NCBI GenBank assembly: GCA_035524935.1
Contig: DATLFD010000100.1
Span: 57,152-121,151, forward strand
From: Gammaproteobacteria bacterium
GTDB taxonomy: Bacteria; Pseudomonadota; Gammaproteobacteria; Steroidobacterales; JACDCP01
DNA length: 64,000 nucleotides
Direction of reading: 5' to 3'
Shown one piece after another: positions 51,805-62,167 of the stretch (positions are counted from its first letter, which is position 1; each line of letters starts with the position of its first letter). The notes below the pieces were generated by a model that saw only the letters and a list, made by a program, of their open reading frames with translations, was not told the DNA's origin and did not search any database. The translations under genes were made by a program, and so were the position numbers.

Positions 51805-52911
51805 ATGGCCGCACTGCATTCAGAAGGCGTCCCGGTCATCGGCCAGGCGCCCGCCTTCCTCGAGACGCTCGAGCACGTCTCCCGGGCCGCCGCGCTCGCC
51901 AAGCCGGTGCTCGTTATCGGCGAACGGGGCACCGGCAAGGAGCTGATCGCGGCGCGCCTGCACTACCTGTCGCCCCGCTGGGAGCAACCGCTGGTCAAGC
52001 TCAATTGCGCCGCGCTCACCGAAAGCATTCTCGAATCGGAGCTTTTCGGCCATGCCGCAGGTGCATTCACGGGCGCTGTCCGCGAGCACGTCGGGCGGTT
52101 CGAGCGTGCCGATGGCGGCACGCTCATACTCGACGAGCTCGCCACTATCCCGTTGCGCACCCAGGAGAAGATCCTGCGTGTCATCGAGTACGGCGAGTTC
52201 GAGCGCGTCGGCGGCAGCAAGACCGTGCACGCCGACGTGCGCATCGTCGGCTCGACGAACGCACATTTGCCGGCCCTCGCGCGCGATGGCCGCTTCCGCG
52301 AGGACCTGCTCGATCGCCTGGCATTCGACGTCATCGTGGTTCCGCCGCTGCGCGCCCGGCGCGATGACATCCTGGAGCTGGCGCATCACTTCGCCGTTAA
52401 TATCACCAGCGAGCTGCACCGCGAATACTTCCCGGGCTTCACGCTGCGCGCAGCCTCTACGCTGCTGTCCTACTCCTGGCCCGGCAACGTTCGCGAGCTG
52501 AAGAATGCCGTTGAACGATCGGTTTACCGTTCCGCGAAGCCCGGGGCACGAATCGACCGGATCCATTTCGACCCGTTCGATTCTCCGTTCATGCCGCCCG
52601 CGCCAGTAAAGCCCGCGGAGTCGTCGCCGCCTGCGCGCCAGGGATCGGCGCAAGCGGAGCCCGAGGAGGCGCCGGCGGAAGAGGAGCCTCTGTTACCCTG
52701 CAAGCTCAAGGAAGAGCTCGCGGTCTTCGAGGCCGAATATGTGCTGCATGCGCTGGAGCAGTGCCGTTTCAATCAACGGCGCGCGGCGCAGGCCCTCGGC
52801 CTGACCTATCATCAATTGCGCGCCTGCCTGCGCCGGCACGACCTGGCCGGCAAGGCTGCGGCGCCGGAGCAGGCCGCAGACGCTGAATCGGCCGCGCGCC
52901 GCCGCCGGTGA
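51805..52911 (+). CDS. pspF: psp operon transcriptional activator PspF (sigma54 bEBP without a receiver domain)
   Basis: Collinear with E. coli PspF as I recall it ([50 protein letters not shown]-terminal HTH LGLTYHQLRACL). Confidence 0.9.
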   Translation: MAALHSEGVPVIGQAPAFLETLEHVSRAAALAKPVLVIGERGTGKELIAARLHYLSPRWEQPLVKLNCAALTESILESELFGHAAGAFTGAVREHVGRFERADGGTLILDELATIPLRTQEKILRVIEYGEFERVGGSKTVHADVRIVGSTNAHLPALARDGRFREDLLDRLAFDVIVVPPLRARRDDILELAHHFAVNITSELHREYFPGFTLRAASTLLSYSWPGNVRELKNAVERSVYRSAKPGARIDRIHFDPFDSPFMPPAPVKPAESSPPARQGSAQAEPEEAPAEEEPLLPCKLKEELAVFEAEYVLHALEQCRFNQRRAAQALGLTYHQLRACLRRHDLAGKAAAPEQAADAESAARRRR

Positions 52912-52974
52912 AAAAGCCACTCGCGTCACAACGCTATGATGCGCTTCGATCGCCCTCGCAGAGGTGGACCGGGG

Positions 52975-54060
52975 ATGAAAGACATGTCTCACCCGCACTG
53001 GTTCAGTGTCCTGATCTGGCTCGCCTCGCTCGCGCTGATCGCGATGACCCTGCTGCCGCTCGCGCAGACTCCGGCCTGGTGGGTGCGGGCGTTCGATTTT
53101 CCACGTGCGCAGATCGCCGGCTTTCTGGCTATCGTGCTGCTGGCCGGCGTGCTGGCGCTCGATCGGGGCAGCGGCGCCACGTGGGTGCTGATTTTGGCGC
53201 TGACGGCATCGCTCGTGTACCAGGTCGTGCGCATTTTCCCGTTCACGCCGCTCGCGCCCGTTCAGGCAACGACCGTGGAGCGCTGTGCGCCGTCCGCGCG
53301 CATCCGGCTGCTGATCGCCAACGTGCTGGAAAGCAATCGCGACAGCCGACCGCTGCTCGAGATGACACGCCGCCTCGAGCCCGATGTGCTGCTGGCAATG
53401 GAGACCGACGCATGGTGGGACCGCGAGCTGTCCGCACTCGATGGGGACTACCCGTTCCGCGTGCGCCAGCCGCAGGAGAACACCTACGGCATGCACCTGT
53501 TCTCCAGGCTCGAGCTCGTAGAGCCCGAGGTGCGGTACCTGCTGGAGGATGACGTGCCGTCGATCCACGCGGCGATCCGCCTGCGCTCTGGAGCGCTGGT
53601 CGATTTCCACGGCGTGCACCCGAAGCCGCCGGACATCGATCAGGACACCGCGGAGCGCGATGCCGAGCTGCTGATCGTCGGCCGCCAGGTGCGAAAAAAG
53701 GGCGTGCCCGCCATCGTCGCCGGTGACCTGAACGACGTCGCGTGGTCGCGCACCAACCGCCTGTTTCAGGAAATCAGCGGGCTGCTCGACCCGCGCATCG
53801 GCCGTGGGCTGTATTCGACCTTCAACGCGAACTGGCCGCTGCTCAGATGGCCGCTCGACCACGTTTTCTTCCACGAGACGCTCGAGCTGATCGATATGCG
53901 CCGCATGGGGCCAATCGGCTCCGACCATTTCCCGATCTACATCGCCCTGTGCCATCAGCCGGAAGCCGCCGCACGACAGAGCGCACCGCAGCCCGATGCC
54001 GAAGACGAGCAGGAAGCGGACGAGGCGATCGAGGAAGGCCGCGAGCAATCCGAGCCGTAG
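52975..54060 (+). CDS. membrane-anchored endonuclease/exonuclease/phosphatase (EEP) family protein
   Basis: Three N-terminal TM segments. EEP motifs GDLNDVAWS and SDHFPIY. Start ambiguous (52936, 52975 or 52984). Confidence 0.8.
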   Translation: MKDMSHPHWFSVLIWLASLALIAMTLLPLAQTPAWWVRAFDFPRAQIAGFLAIVLLAGVLALDRGSGATWVLILALTASLVYQVVRIFPFTPLAPVQATTVERCAPSARIRLLIANVLESNRDSRPLLEMTRRLEPDVLLAMETDAWWDRELSALDGDYPFRVRQPQENTYGMHLFSRLELVEPEVRYLLEDDVPSIHAAIRLRSGALVDFHGVHPKPPDIDQDTAERDAELLIVGRQVRKKGVPAIVAGDLNDVAWSRTNRLFQEISGLLDPRIGRGLYSTFNANWPLLRWPLDHVFFHETLELIDMRRMGPIGSDHFPIYIALCHQPEAAARQSAPQPDAEDEQEADEAIEEGREQSEP

Positions 54061-54184
54061 GGCCGAATTCATTCGGCCGGCACCGCACCATCGCATTGCG
54101 GATCGGCGGATTGAAATCCGAACGCCGTAGGGCCGAATTCATTCGGCCGGCGCCGCGGATAGGCGGATTGAAATCCGCCCTACG
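54061..54184. repeat. REP cluster: alternating type B and type A elements (B-A-B-A)
   Basis: Type B at 54061-54078 and 54131-54148. Type A at 54105-54130 (degenerate) and 54162-54184. Confidence 0.85.
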
Positions 54185-54186
54185 AG

Positions 54187-55485
54187 TCACCGGTAAGCAG
54201 CCGGCAACTCCGCATCGAGATCGAGATAGCGGTCGCGCAGCAGCGTGGCGCGGCTCACCATCGGCACCGCAATGCCGCGGATGAACACCTGCTCGGCAAA
54301 CGTCGCGAGCTCGAGAGGGTCGCCGCTCCAGATCACCACATCGGCATCCTTGCCCGCTTCGAGCGTGCCGAAGCTGTCCTCGATACCGTAAATACGGGCC
54401 GGATTGATCGTCAGGGCCGCCAGCGCCGCTTCGTGCGGCATGCCATGGGCGACGGCGTTGCCAGCGGCCTGCTTGAGGTTGCGGGCATTGTGCGAATCGC
54501 CCGATGCGAATGCGACCATGACGCCGGCCCTGTGCAGGCGCGCCGCGTTCTCGAGCGTCGCAGCCAGGGTCTCGAATCGTGCCGGCAGGTTGTCGAGCGG
54601 ATTAAGCACAACCGGCACGCGCGCGGCCGCGAGCTCCGCTGCCACGAGCCAGGCCTCGGCGCCGCCGCGCACGACGATCTCGATGTCGTGGCGGCCGGCC
54701 AGGCGCAACGCGGCGGAGATATCGCTTGCACGATTGACGTGGAGCACGAGCGGCACGTCCTTGTCGAGCACATCCTGCAACGCCTCGAGGTCGAGTCGGC
54801 CGATGGCATATGCGCGCCGCTCGTTGGATTCGAAGCTCGCCCGGTTGCGAGCGAAATCCTTCGCGTCCTCGAGGGCTTCGCTGAGCCGCGTCAGGGCCGC
54901 GGCCCGTGAGCCGCCGGCCAGCAGCGCGCCGTGCTCGCCGAGCTCGGCGAAGATGGCCGCGCCGCGCCGCACGAGATAATCGTCACCGCTACCCAGATGA
55001 ATGACGGCGCCGCGGCCGCTGATCATCTGGCCGCGCGCGAAGGTGCCCGGCGGAGGTATGACCGATACCGGGGCGCTGGCCACTCGCGTCACGCCCTCGA
55101 TGCGATTGACCGGAATCAGGCTCGAGCGCGGATTGACCGCGTCTGCCACGTCGAATGCGGCGGCGAAATGGTTGCCGATCTGCGCCGAATCATTGGTCTC
55201 GGCCACGAGGCTGATCTCGATGATGCCGATGTAGCTGTGGGCATCGAACAGACCGGGCGTAATCACCTTGCCTGCGGCCTCGATACGGCGCGCATCTTCC
55301 GGCACAGGCACGTCACGGCCCGCCGCAACGATGTGGCCGTCCCGCATCAGCAGCGTGCCGTTGTCGATCTTGCCCGCCTCGCCGAGCGTATGCAGCCTGC
55401 CGCCGACGATCGCCACGGTTTCGGCCTGCGCGGCTGGGGCCAGCAAGGTCAGCAGAGCGGCGGCGAGGTGCGCGGCGCGGCTCAT
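54187..55485 (-). CDS. secreted amidohydrolase-family protein
   Basis: Real start MSRAAHLAAALLTLLAPAAQA (signal peptide), overlapping the upstream stop (ATGA). TPGLFDAHSY and GTLEAGKDADVVIW. Confidence 0.85.
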   Translation of the reverse strand: MSRAAHLAAALLTLLAPAAQAETVAIVGGRLHTLGEAGKIDNGTLLMRDGHIVAAGRDVPVPEDARRIEAAGKVITPGLFDAHSYIGIIEISLVAETNDSAQIGNHFAAAFDVADAVNPRSSLIPVNRIEGVTRVASAPVSVIPPPGTFARGQMISGRGAVIHLGSGDDYLVRRGAAIFAELGEHGALLAGGSRAAALTRLSEALEDAKDFARNRASFESNERRAYAIGRLDLEALQDVLDKDVPLVLHVNRASDISAALRLAGRHDIEIVVRGGAEAWLVAAELAAARVPVVLNPLDNLPARFETLAATLENAARLHRAGVMVAFASGDSHNARNLKQAAGNAVAHGMPHEAALAALTINPARIYGIEDSFGTLEAGKDADVVIWSGDPLELATFAEQVFIRGIAVPMVSRATLLRDRYLDLDAELPAAYR

Positions 55486-56870
55486 AATGGCGCGCCTCCG
55501 TCGAGGCTGACCAGGCCGAGCTCGAAATCGGAAACCGGCTGCCGCGCAGTGTCTGCGCGGTCGAACACGAGCGCGCCGTCGATGAACACCTTTTCCGCTT
55601 TCGTGTAAACGCTGAACGGATCGCCGTCCCAGACGACGACGTCGGCCATCTTGCCGGCCTCGAGCGAGCCCGTCTGTGTGTCGATGCCGAGCGATCTCGC
55701 GGGATTGAGCGAAAGCCAGCGCATGGCCCCGGCACGATCGACCTCGATTCCCGAGCGTTGCGCGGCGGCCATGGCCTTTGCGGCTTCCTGGTTCAAGCGT
55801 TGGATGCCCGTATCCGAGTCGGAGTGCACGATCGCGCAGGCGCCTGCTTTGTCGACCATGGCGATGTTCTCGCGCACCGCGTCGAAGGCCTCGAGCTTGA
55901 AGCCCCACCAGTCCGCCCACATGGCCGCACAGGTGCCGCTCTCTGCAAGCAGGTCGGCAACCTTGTAGGCCTCCACGGCGTGGTGGAACGAGGCGATGCG
56001 GTAACCGAACTCGCGGGCCACGTCGAGCATCACCGCCATCTCGTCGGCGCGATAGCAATGATTGTGGACGAGAATCTCGCCGCGCAGCACCCCGGCCAGC
56101 GTCTCGAGCTGCAGATCGTGCTCGGGTGCCTCGTCAGCGGCTCCGCTGTCGAAAGCCTCCTGCGCCGCCATGTAGTCCTTCGCCTTCATCCAGGCCTGAC
56201 GATAGCCGGCGACGTTGCCCATGCGCGTGCCCGGCGCCACCAGGCGCTCGACGCCGTAAATACGCTTCGGATTTTCCCCGCAAGCCATCTTGAGACCGTG
56301 CGGCGCACCGGGGAATTTCATCTCCTGGACCGTGCGTGCCGGCACGTTCTTTACCACGACCGAACGGCCGCCGAACAGGTTCGCCGAACCGGGCAGAATC
56401 TGCAGGGTGGTCACGCCGCCGGCAAGCGCCGCGGCAAAGCCCGGATCCTGCGGCCACACCGCGTGCTCGGCCCACACCTGGGCCGTGTTCGGATCGGAGA
56501 CCTCGTTGCCGTCGGCGACCGCCGCGACCTGCGGCGAAGGATAGACGCCGAGGTGCGAATGATTGTCGATGATGCCCGGTGTCACCCATTTGCCGGCTGC
56601 ATCGATGCGGGCGAGCCCGGCGGGCGCCTCGAGTCCTGCGCCGACTGCCTCGATCCGGCCGCCGCGCATGATCAGCACGCCATCGTCGATACGTTCGCCA
56701 ACGCCGGTGAGAATGGTGGCGTTTTCGATGACCACCGGCTCGCCGGGAAGCGGCTCGTAAGTGGAAGCGTACAGGGGCGGTGCTTCTTCCCCGGGCTTGT
56801 CGACGGCCTGTTGTCCGCAGCCTGCGGCGGCGGCGAGCAGACAACCGATAAACGCGCGCGAGCGGGCCAT
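55482..56870 (-). CDS. amidohydrolase-family lipoprotein
   Basis: Real start MARSRAFIGCLLAAAAGC after GGAGGTGGG. Metal motif TPGIIDNHSHLG. GSLEAGKMADVVVW. Confidence 0.85.
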   Translation of the reverse strand: MARSRAFIGCLLAAAAGCGQQAVDKPGEEAPPLYASTYEPLPGEPVVIENATILTGVGERIDDGVLIMRGGRIEAVGAGLEAPAGLARIDAAGKWVTPGIIDNHSHLGVYPSPQVAAVADGNEVSDPNTAQVWAEHAVWPQDPGFAAALAGGVTTLQILPGSANLFGGRSVVVKNVPARTVQEMKFPGAPHGLKMACGENPKRIYGVERLVAPGTRMGNVAGYRQAWMKAKDYMAAQEAFDSGAADEAPEHDLQLETLAGVLRGEILVHNHCYRADEMAVMLDVAREFGYRIASFHHAVEAYKVADLLAESGTCAAMWADWWGFKLEAFDAVRENIAMVDKAGACAIVHSDSDTGIQRLNQEAAKAMAAAQRSGIEVDRAGAMRWLSLNPARSLGIDTQTGSLEAGKMADVVVWDGDPFSVYTKAEKVFIDGALVFDRADTARQPVSDFELGLVSLDGGAPL

Positions 56871-56966
56871 CCCACCTCCAGCAACTGCCCCAGACCGCGA
56901 AGACGCGCATGCTAACATGCCGCCGACGGCCACCTCCCGCGCTGACCGTCCGGCGCCACGCACCAC

Positions 56967-58952
56967 ATGCACTACGACGCCCTCGCCCAGATCCTCGTCC
57001 TGATCGCAGCCGCCGTGCTCGTCGTTTCAGTGTTCCGGAGCATGCTGCTGCCGCCGATCCTCGGCTATATCGCGGTCGGCATCCTGCTGGGTCCGCACGC
57101 AGCCGGATGGATCTCCAACACCGACGACATCCGTTTCCTGGCCGAGATCGGCGTCGTGTTCCTGCTGTTCACCCTCGGTCTCGAGTTCTCGCTGCCACGC
57201 ATGATCGCCATGCGCTGGACGGTTTTCGGCCTCGGCGGCGCGCAGGTCGCGGTGACCACACTGGTCGCAGCGCTCGTCGCCTGGTGGCTCGGCGCCTCGC
57301 TCGCGAGTGCAGTCATCGTCGGCGGCGCGGTCGCCATGTCGTCGACGGCGATCGTCATCAGGCAACTGGCGGAGCAACTCGAGCTCAACAGCCGACACGG
57401 CCGGCATGCCGTGGGCATACTGTTGTTTCAGGATCTCGCCGTCGTGCTTTTCCTGGCATTGATTCCCGTGCTTGCGGCGCGATCCGATCCCACGGTGGTC
57501 GGCCTGCCGATCTGGCGGGCGCTGCTGCAGGCCGCGGCCGCATTGATCATCGTGCTCGCGGCAGGCCACTGGCTGCTGCGGCCGCTGTTTCACGAGATCG
57601 CGCGCCGGCGCTCGGCGGAGCTGTTCACGCTCACCGTGCTGCTCGTGGCGCTGGGGGCGGCCTGGGCGACCCACGCTGCGGGGCTGTCCCTCGCGCTCGG
57701 CGCCTTTCTCGCCGGAATGATGCTTGGCGAAACCGAGTACAGGCACCAGGTCGAGGCCGATATCCGGCCGTTTCGCGACATCTTTCTCGGCCTCTTTTTC
57801 ATCACCATGGGGATGCTGCTCGACCTGGAGCTGCTCGTCGATCGAGCCGGCGCCATTACCTTGCTGGTCATCGAGCTGGTGGTGCTCAAGGCCGCGATAA
57901 TCACGCTGCTGGCGCGCCGCATCTGCGAGAACTGGAATCAGGCGTCGCGCATCGGCCTCGTGCTCGCGCAGGGCGGTGAGTTCGGTTTCGCGCTGCTGAC
58001 CCTCGGCCTGCAGGACCGGCTCATCCCGCCGGCGGTCGCCCAGCCCCTGTTGACCGCCATCGTCGTCAGCATGGCCTTGAGCCCGCTGCTCATTCGCTAC
58101 AACGGCCGGCTCGCCGGGTGGCTGTTCCGCTCACGGGACGTCGATCTCGCCGACCTGATGCGAGACGAGGCGGCGACGGCCGCGGTCGCGCACCGCGAGC
58201 ACGTGATCATCTGCGGCTACGGTCGAGTCGGGCAGAATCTGGCGCGCATCCTCGAGCAGGAAGGCTTCGAATACATCGGTCTCGACCTCGATCCGTACCG
58301 CGTGCGGACGGCCCGCCAGGGCGGCGATCCGGTCTTGTTCGGCGACGCCTCGCAGGGTGACGTGCTCGAGGGCGTCGGGCTCGCCCATGCGAGCATCGTC
58401 GTGATCAGCTTCGCCGACAACATTGCGGCGTTCAAGATTCTCGACAAGGTGCGCAGCCGACGGCCCGACGTGCCGGTGCTGGTGCGCACGCAGGACGACA
58501 CCGATCTGGAGCGCCTGCAGGCTGCCGGCGCCACGGAGGTGATTCCGGAGACGCTGGAGGCGAGCCTGAGCCTGGTGTCGCACGTGCTGCTGCTCCTGAA
58601 CGTGCCGGTCTCGCGCGTCGTGCGCAAGATCGGCGATATCCGCAGCCATCGCTACAGCCTGTTTCGCAACATTTACCGCAAGCAGGACGCGCGCGTGCTG
58701 GACAGCTCGCATGCTTTTCGCGAGCAGCTTCAGGCCGTTGCCCTGCCGCCCGGAGCCCACGCCGTCGGCCGCACCCTGGCGGAGCTCGATCTCGACGCGG
58801 CGGAGATCGGCGTCACGGCCATCCGGCGCGACGGCATCGTCGGTCACCAGCCGCTCCCGGAGACGATGCTGAAAGAGGATGACGTGCTGGTCCTCTATGG
58901 CACGCCCGAGGCGCTCGAGCACGGTGAGACTTTGCTGTTGACCGGTCTCTAG
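56967..58952 (+). CDS. CPA2 monovalent cation:proton antiporter with TrkA-N/TrkA-C domains (KefB/KefC-like)
   Basis: About 13-TM Na+/H+ exchanger domain. Rossmann motif VIICGYGRVGQ. C-terminal TrkA-C. Confidence 0.9.
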   Translation: MHYDALAQILVLIAAAVLVVSVFRSMLLPPILGYIAVGILLGPHAAGWISNTDDIRFLAEIGVVFLLFTLGLEFSLPRMIAMRWTVFGLGGAQVAVTTLVAALVAWWLGASLASAVIVGGAVAMSSTAIVIRQLAEQLELNSRHGRHAVGILLFQDLAVVLFLALIPVLAARSDPTVVGLPIWRALLQAAAALIIVLAAGHWLLRPLFHEIARRRSAELFTLTVLLVALGAAWATHAAGLSLALGAFLAGMMLGETEYRHQVEADIRPFRDIFLGLFFITMGMLLDLELLVDRAGAITLLVIELVVLKAAIITLLARRICENWNQASRIGLVLAQGGEFGFALLTLGLQDRLIPPAVAQPLLTAIVVSMALSPLLIRYNGRLAGWLFRSRDVDLADLMRDEAATAAVAHREHVIICGYGRVGQNLARILEQEGFEYIGLDLDPYRVRTARQGGDPVLFGDASQGDVLEGVGLAHASIVVISFADNIAAFKILDKVRSRRPDVPVLVRTQDDTDLERLQAAGATEVIPETLEASLSLVSHVLLLLNVPVSRVVRKIGDIRSHRYSLFRNIYRKQDARVLDSSHAFREQLQAVALPPGAHAVGRTLAELDLDAAEIGVTAIRRDGIVGHQPLPETMLKEDDVLVLYGTPEALEHGETLLLTGL

Positions 58953-58977
58953 GCCATCGTGCCGGTCGGGAACCTGT

Positions 58978-59565
58978 CTAACGCGGCGGCCGGTCCTCGC
59001 CGGCTTCGCCGGGCGGAAATTCGGCCAGCATCCCGTCGACCGCCTGCCCGGATTTGCGCAGAGCGTCGCGCGGCGAAATGGCCGTGCCCGCGGCGATGCC
59101 CTGCCAGACGAGGCGCTTGCTCGCCGGCTCGACGAAAAACAGGATGAGCGTACCCTTGCGGATGATGCCCTGGTTGATGCGCAAATCCTCGCGGTACACC
59201 TGAAAGGACTCGCCAGGATCCAGGTCTGCGCTGTCGAAAACGTTCAGACGCTCCTCGTAGAGGCGTGGATCCTCCTCCTCGGTGACTACCACGTGATAGC
59301 TGACGAGGAAGTCGGGCTCGCGGTCGGAGACTTCGCGGTAGCCCTTGGCCGTCAGATTCTCGACCACGCTGCTGCGAACGATGGCTTCGACGCGTCGCGC
59401 GACATCAGGGTCGTACGTGCCGGTCGTGGAGACGCCCGGATCTTGCCACGCGAAGGTCTCGAGGGCGGCAAAATCGGTCGTGCGGTTATAGTCGGTCTGG
59501 ATCTCGATGTCCGATGCGCAGGCGGCGGTGAGCAGCACCGCGGTGGCAATGATCATTGCGCGCAT
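58978..59565 (-). CDS. DUF4136-like lipoprotein
   Basis: Real start MRAMIIATAVLLTAAC (lipobox). The upstream part of the 439-aa track ORF is antisense to the next gene. Confidence 0.7.
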   Translation of the reverse strand: MRAMIIATAVLLTAACASDIEIQTDYNRTTDFAALETFAWQDPGVSTTGTYDPDVARRVEAIVRSSVVENLTAKGYREVSDREPDFLVSYHVVVTEEEDPRLYEERLNVFDSADLDPGESFQVYREDLRINQGIIRKGTLILFFVEPASKRLVWQGIAAGTAISPRDALRKSGQAVDGMLAEFPPGEAGEDRPPR

Positions 59566-59636
59566 GGCCGTACTCCATCTTTGTCCCGCGAGGTGCGACC
59601 ACGCCGGGACCGGTCCAGCATACGTCATGCCGCTGC

Positions 59637-60842
59637 CTAATGCATACGCACCCGGATGCTGCCGCTGCCGGTATTGATCACCGCCTTGCCTTGCCCGCCG
59701 CTGACGTCGGCTTCGAAGTAGCCGTCCCCGGCGCGCACGTTGGACAACGCCGGCAGGTCGATGTCGACCCCGCCCGAGCCCGCCTCCGCGCGCAGGTGCA
59801 GCGAGGGGAGCTGCGCTGTGGCGAGCTGCACGCCGCCGCTGCCGGTATCGATGCCGAGACGTTCGACTTCGGCGAGATTGCCTGCCAGCGAGACGCTGCC
59901 GCTGCCGGTGTCGACCGCGATGCTCTTGCCGGCGAAGTAGTTCTCCGCCCTGACGCTCCCGGAACCGGTATCCGCGTGCAACGAGCCGGTCACGTTCCTC
60001 AGTGAGACGCTGCCTGAGCCCGTATCGGCGTGAATGCGCCCGGCCGCGACATTCTCGATCTTCACACTGCCGGAGCCGGTGTCGGCGTGCACGTCGCCCT
60101 CGATGTTGCGGAATGTCACCCGCCCCGAGCCCGTAGCTGCGCTGGCGTCGCCGACCAGCCCCTCGATGAGCACGGCACCCGATCCAGTGTCTGCGACGAC
60201 GCTGCCGCGGTGATCGCGGACGCGCACGGGTGCGCTGCCGGTGTCGAGCATGGCCTTGCCGGTGACGTTGACGACCTCCAGCGATCCGTGGCCGCACGCC
60301 AGGTAAAGGTCCGCGGCGACGTCCGCCGCTTCCATGCTGCCGGCGCCATTGTCTACCTTGACGGCCACGCCCCGCGGGAGCTTGAGCACGAAGTCGGTAT
60401 GTACCCTCGCGCCCGCCCGGCCCGCCCGGCTGGTGAGCAGCACGGTAGTGCCTTGATATCGCGTGCGGCGCGCGAACCGGCCGATGCCCTCCGCCTGATA
60501 GATATAGACCTTGTGCTCCTCGACCGGATAGCGCACCAGCACCGAAATCTGCCGATCGCCCTCGTCGACGTCGAGATGCACCGACCGCGCGAGCGACTCG
60601 GCCTGTGCCGCGGATTCTGCCTCAGCAAGCGTACGCGCCTCGAGCTCGAGTGCATTGCCGTCGGCCGGCTGGATACGGATGTGGCCGGCAAGATTCTCGA
60701 GCGCGAGACGTCGGCCTTCGGGCGCCTCGAAGCTCAGGCGGGACACTTCCTCGTGCACGGCGGCGTGCGCGGCGCTGACCAACGCGCTGGCAAGGCTCAG
60801 CGCCGCGAGCACGAGCAGCCCGCGTCGGAATACAGCGATCAT
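59637..60842 (-). CDS. DUF4097-type repeat protein (putative beta-helical adhesin-like)
   Basis: Signal peptide. At least eight approximately 19-aa repeats centred on DTGSG(S/A)V. Confidence 0.75.
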   Translation of the reverse strand: MIAVFRRGLLVLAALSLASALVSAAHAAVHEEVSRLSFEAPEGRRLALENLAGHIRIQPADGNALELEARTLAEAESAAQAESLARSVHLDVDEGDRQISVLVRYPVEEHKVYIYQAEGIGRFARRTRYQGTTVLLTSRAGRAGARVHTDFVLKLPRGVAVKVDNGAGSMEAADVAADLYLACGHGSLEVVNVTGKAMLDTGSAPVRVRDHRGSVVADTGSGAVLIEGLVGDASAATGSGRVTFRNIEGDVHADTGSGSVKIENVAAGRIHADTGSGSVSLRNVTGSLHADTGSGSVRAENYFAGKSIAVDTGSGSVSLAGNLAEVERLGIDTGSGGVQLATAQLPSLHLRAEAGSGGVDIDLPALSNVRAGDGYFEADVSGGQGKAVINTGSGSIRVRMH

Positions 60843-61243
60843 GGGGCATCCTCCTCAGCGGCCGATGGCGGCCGGTCGATCTGCACCGTCAGGCGTGATT
60901 CGACCTCGGTCACGCCGTCGGTCGCCAGGGCCAGCTCGACGGCCCGGTCGAAATCTTCCATGCCGCGCACACGGCCGTGCAGCGACACCGTGCCGTCGCG
61001 GGCCGTCACGCGGATGTCGGCATCGCGCAGCAGCTCGTCCTCGCCATAGCGGCGAGCCACGCGCTCGGCAATGCCGGCGCCGGCCGGTCGCGGCGCATAC
61101 CCCCGTTCCTCGTAACGGCCGCCGTCCCGTTGCCAGGCCGAATCCCATGCCGAATCGCTCGTTTCGTCGGGATTCACGACCAGCACGCATCCGGCCGCGG
61201 CCAGGCAGACGGTGAGGACAGTGGCAGATTTCCAGGCGTTCAT
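60839..61243 (-). CDS. BON-domain lipoprotein
   Basis: ATG at 61243 after GAGGGA. Lipobox LAAAGC. BON-like region IRVTARDGTVSLHGRVRGMEDFDRAVELALATDGVTEVESRL. Confidence 0.7.
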   Translation of the reverse strand: MNAWKSATVLTVCLAAAGCVLVVNPDETSDSAWDSAWQRDGGRYEERGYAPRPAGAGIAERVARRYGEDELLRDADIRVTARDGTVSLHGRVRGMEDFDRAVELALATDGVTEVESRLTVQIDRPPSAAEEDAP

Positions 61244-61282
61244 GTTCGGTTCCCTCGTCAAATTGCGGCCGTCGCAGCGGAT

Positions 61283-62167
61283 TCAAGCGTCATCGCGGTA
61301 GCGCCTGAGCAGGATGGCGCCGGTCGTGAACGCCGCACCCAGGGCCAACCCGCTCCACAGCCCCGTGCTCGCCAGGAGCTGTCCGGGCGCGAGCAGATCG
61401 ACGGCGGCCGGTGCGTTATCGAAGAAGGCGTCGTGGTCGCCACTCTGCATCCAGAACGGAATTTCGTATCCGGTGCGATACACGCCGGCGATCCTGTAGC
61501 CGATCCAGTCGGCGACATGCCGCGAGCGCAGTATCTCGGCCTCGAGCACTATCAGCACGATCGGCACGAGCGTCGCCCACAGGAACGGCACGCGCCGCGC
61601 CCACACCGAAACCAGCAGCAACCAGCCGTAAACCGGGGCGTACCACAGCGATACCGCCAGCAGCGTATAAACGAGCACTGCCTGCGCGTCGACGACCGCC
61701 GCGGCGCTGTGCAGCAGGGACGGACCGTCATCGCTGCTGAGCGCAATGGCGAAATGTCCGATCAGGAAGCTCACGACCTGGGTCGCGGTCGCGGCGACGT
61801 ACACGAGCAACGGCGCGAGCAGCAGAGCCACCGCCAGCTTCGACAGTACGGTCGAGGTGTCCGACACCGGCATCGATTTCCAGAACAGAATGCTCCGGTC
61901 CTTGCGTTCCGAGTACAGGCAGTCCAGCAGATACAGCGGCGTGACGACGAGCAGAACCATGAGAAACGGCACCACGAAACCCGCCACGCCGAGGTCGAGG
62001 ATCAGTCCCACGTCCTCCGCCCCGTGGTCTTCCACGAATCCGCCCAGATAACCGATCTTGCCGATCACGCCGACCAGGCACAGCGCCAGCACGACCAGCG
62101 GAGCGATGTACAGCGCCGGGTGCTCCCAGATTTCCCGGCGCAGCAATGTCACAGCTGTGCGGTTCAT
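61283..62167 (-). CDS. ABC-2-type transporter permease
   Basis: Real start MNRTAVTLLRREIWEHP overlaps the ATPase stop (ATGA). Six or more TM segments. Confidence 0.7.
   Translation of the reverse strand: MNRTAVTLLRREIWEHPALYIAPLVVLALCLVGVIGKIGYLGGFVEDHGAEDVGLILDLGVAGFVVPFLMVLLVVTPLYLLDCLYSERKDRSILFWKSMPVSDTSTVLSKLAVALLLAPLLVYVAATATQVVSFLIGHFAIALSSDDGPSLLHSAAAVVDAQAVLVYTLLAVSLWYAPVYGWLLLVSVWARRVPFLWATLVPIVLIVLEAEILRSRHVADWIGYRIAGVYRTGYEIPFWMQSGDHDAFFDNAPAAVDLLAPGQLLASTGLWSGLALGAAFTTGAILLRRYRDDA

Noticed and set aside
59637-60300. Roughly 57-60-bp periodic DNA repeat (GCTGCCGCTGCCGGTRTC-like cores) that looks superficially CRISPR-like
   Set aside because: The period and cores correspond to the in-frame DTGSGSV protein repeats of the DUF4097 gene. 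The 'spacers' are coding and similar to each other. There are no cas genes or leader.
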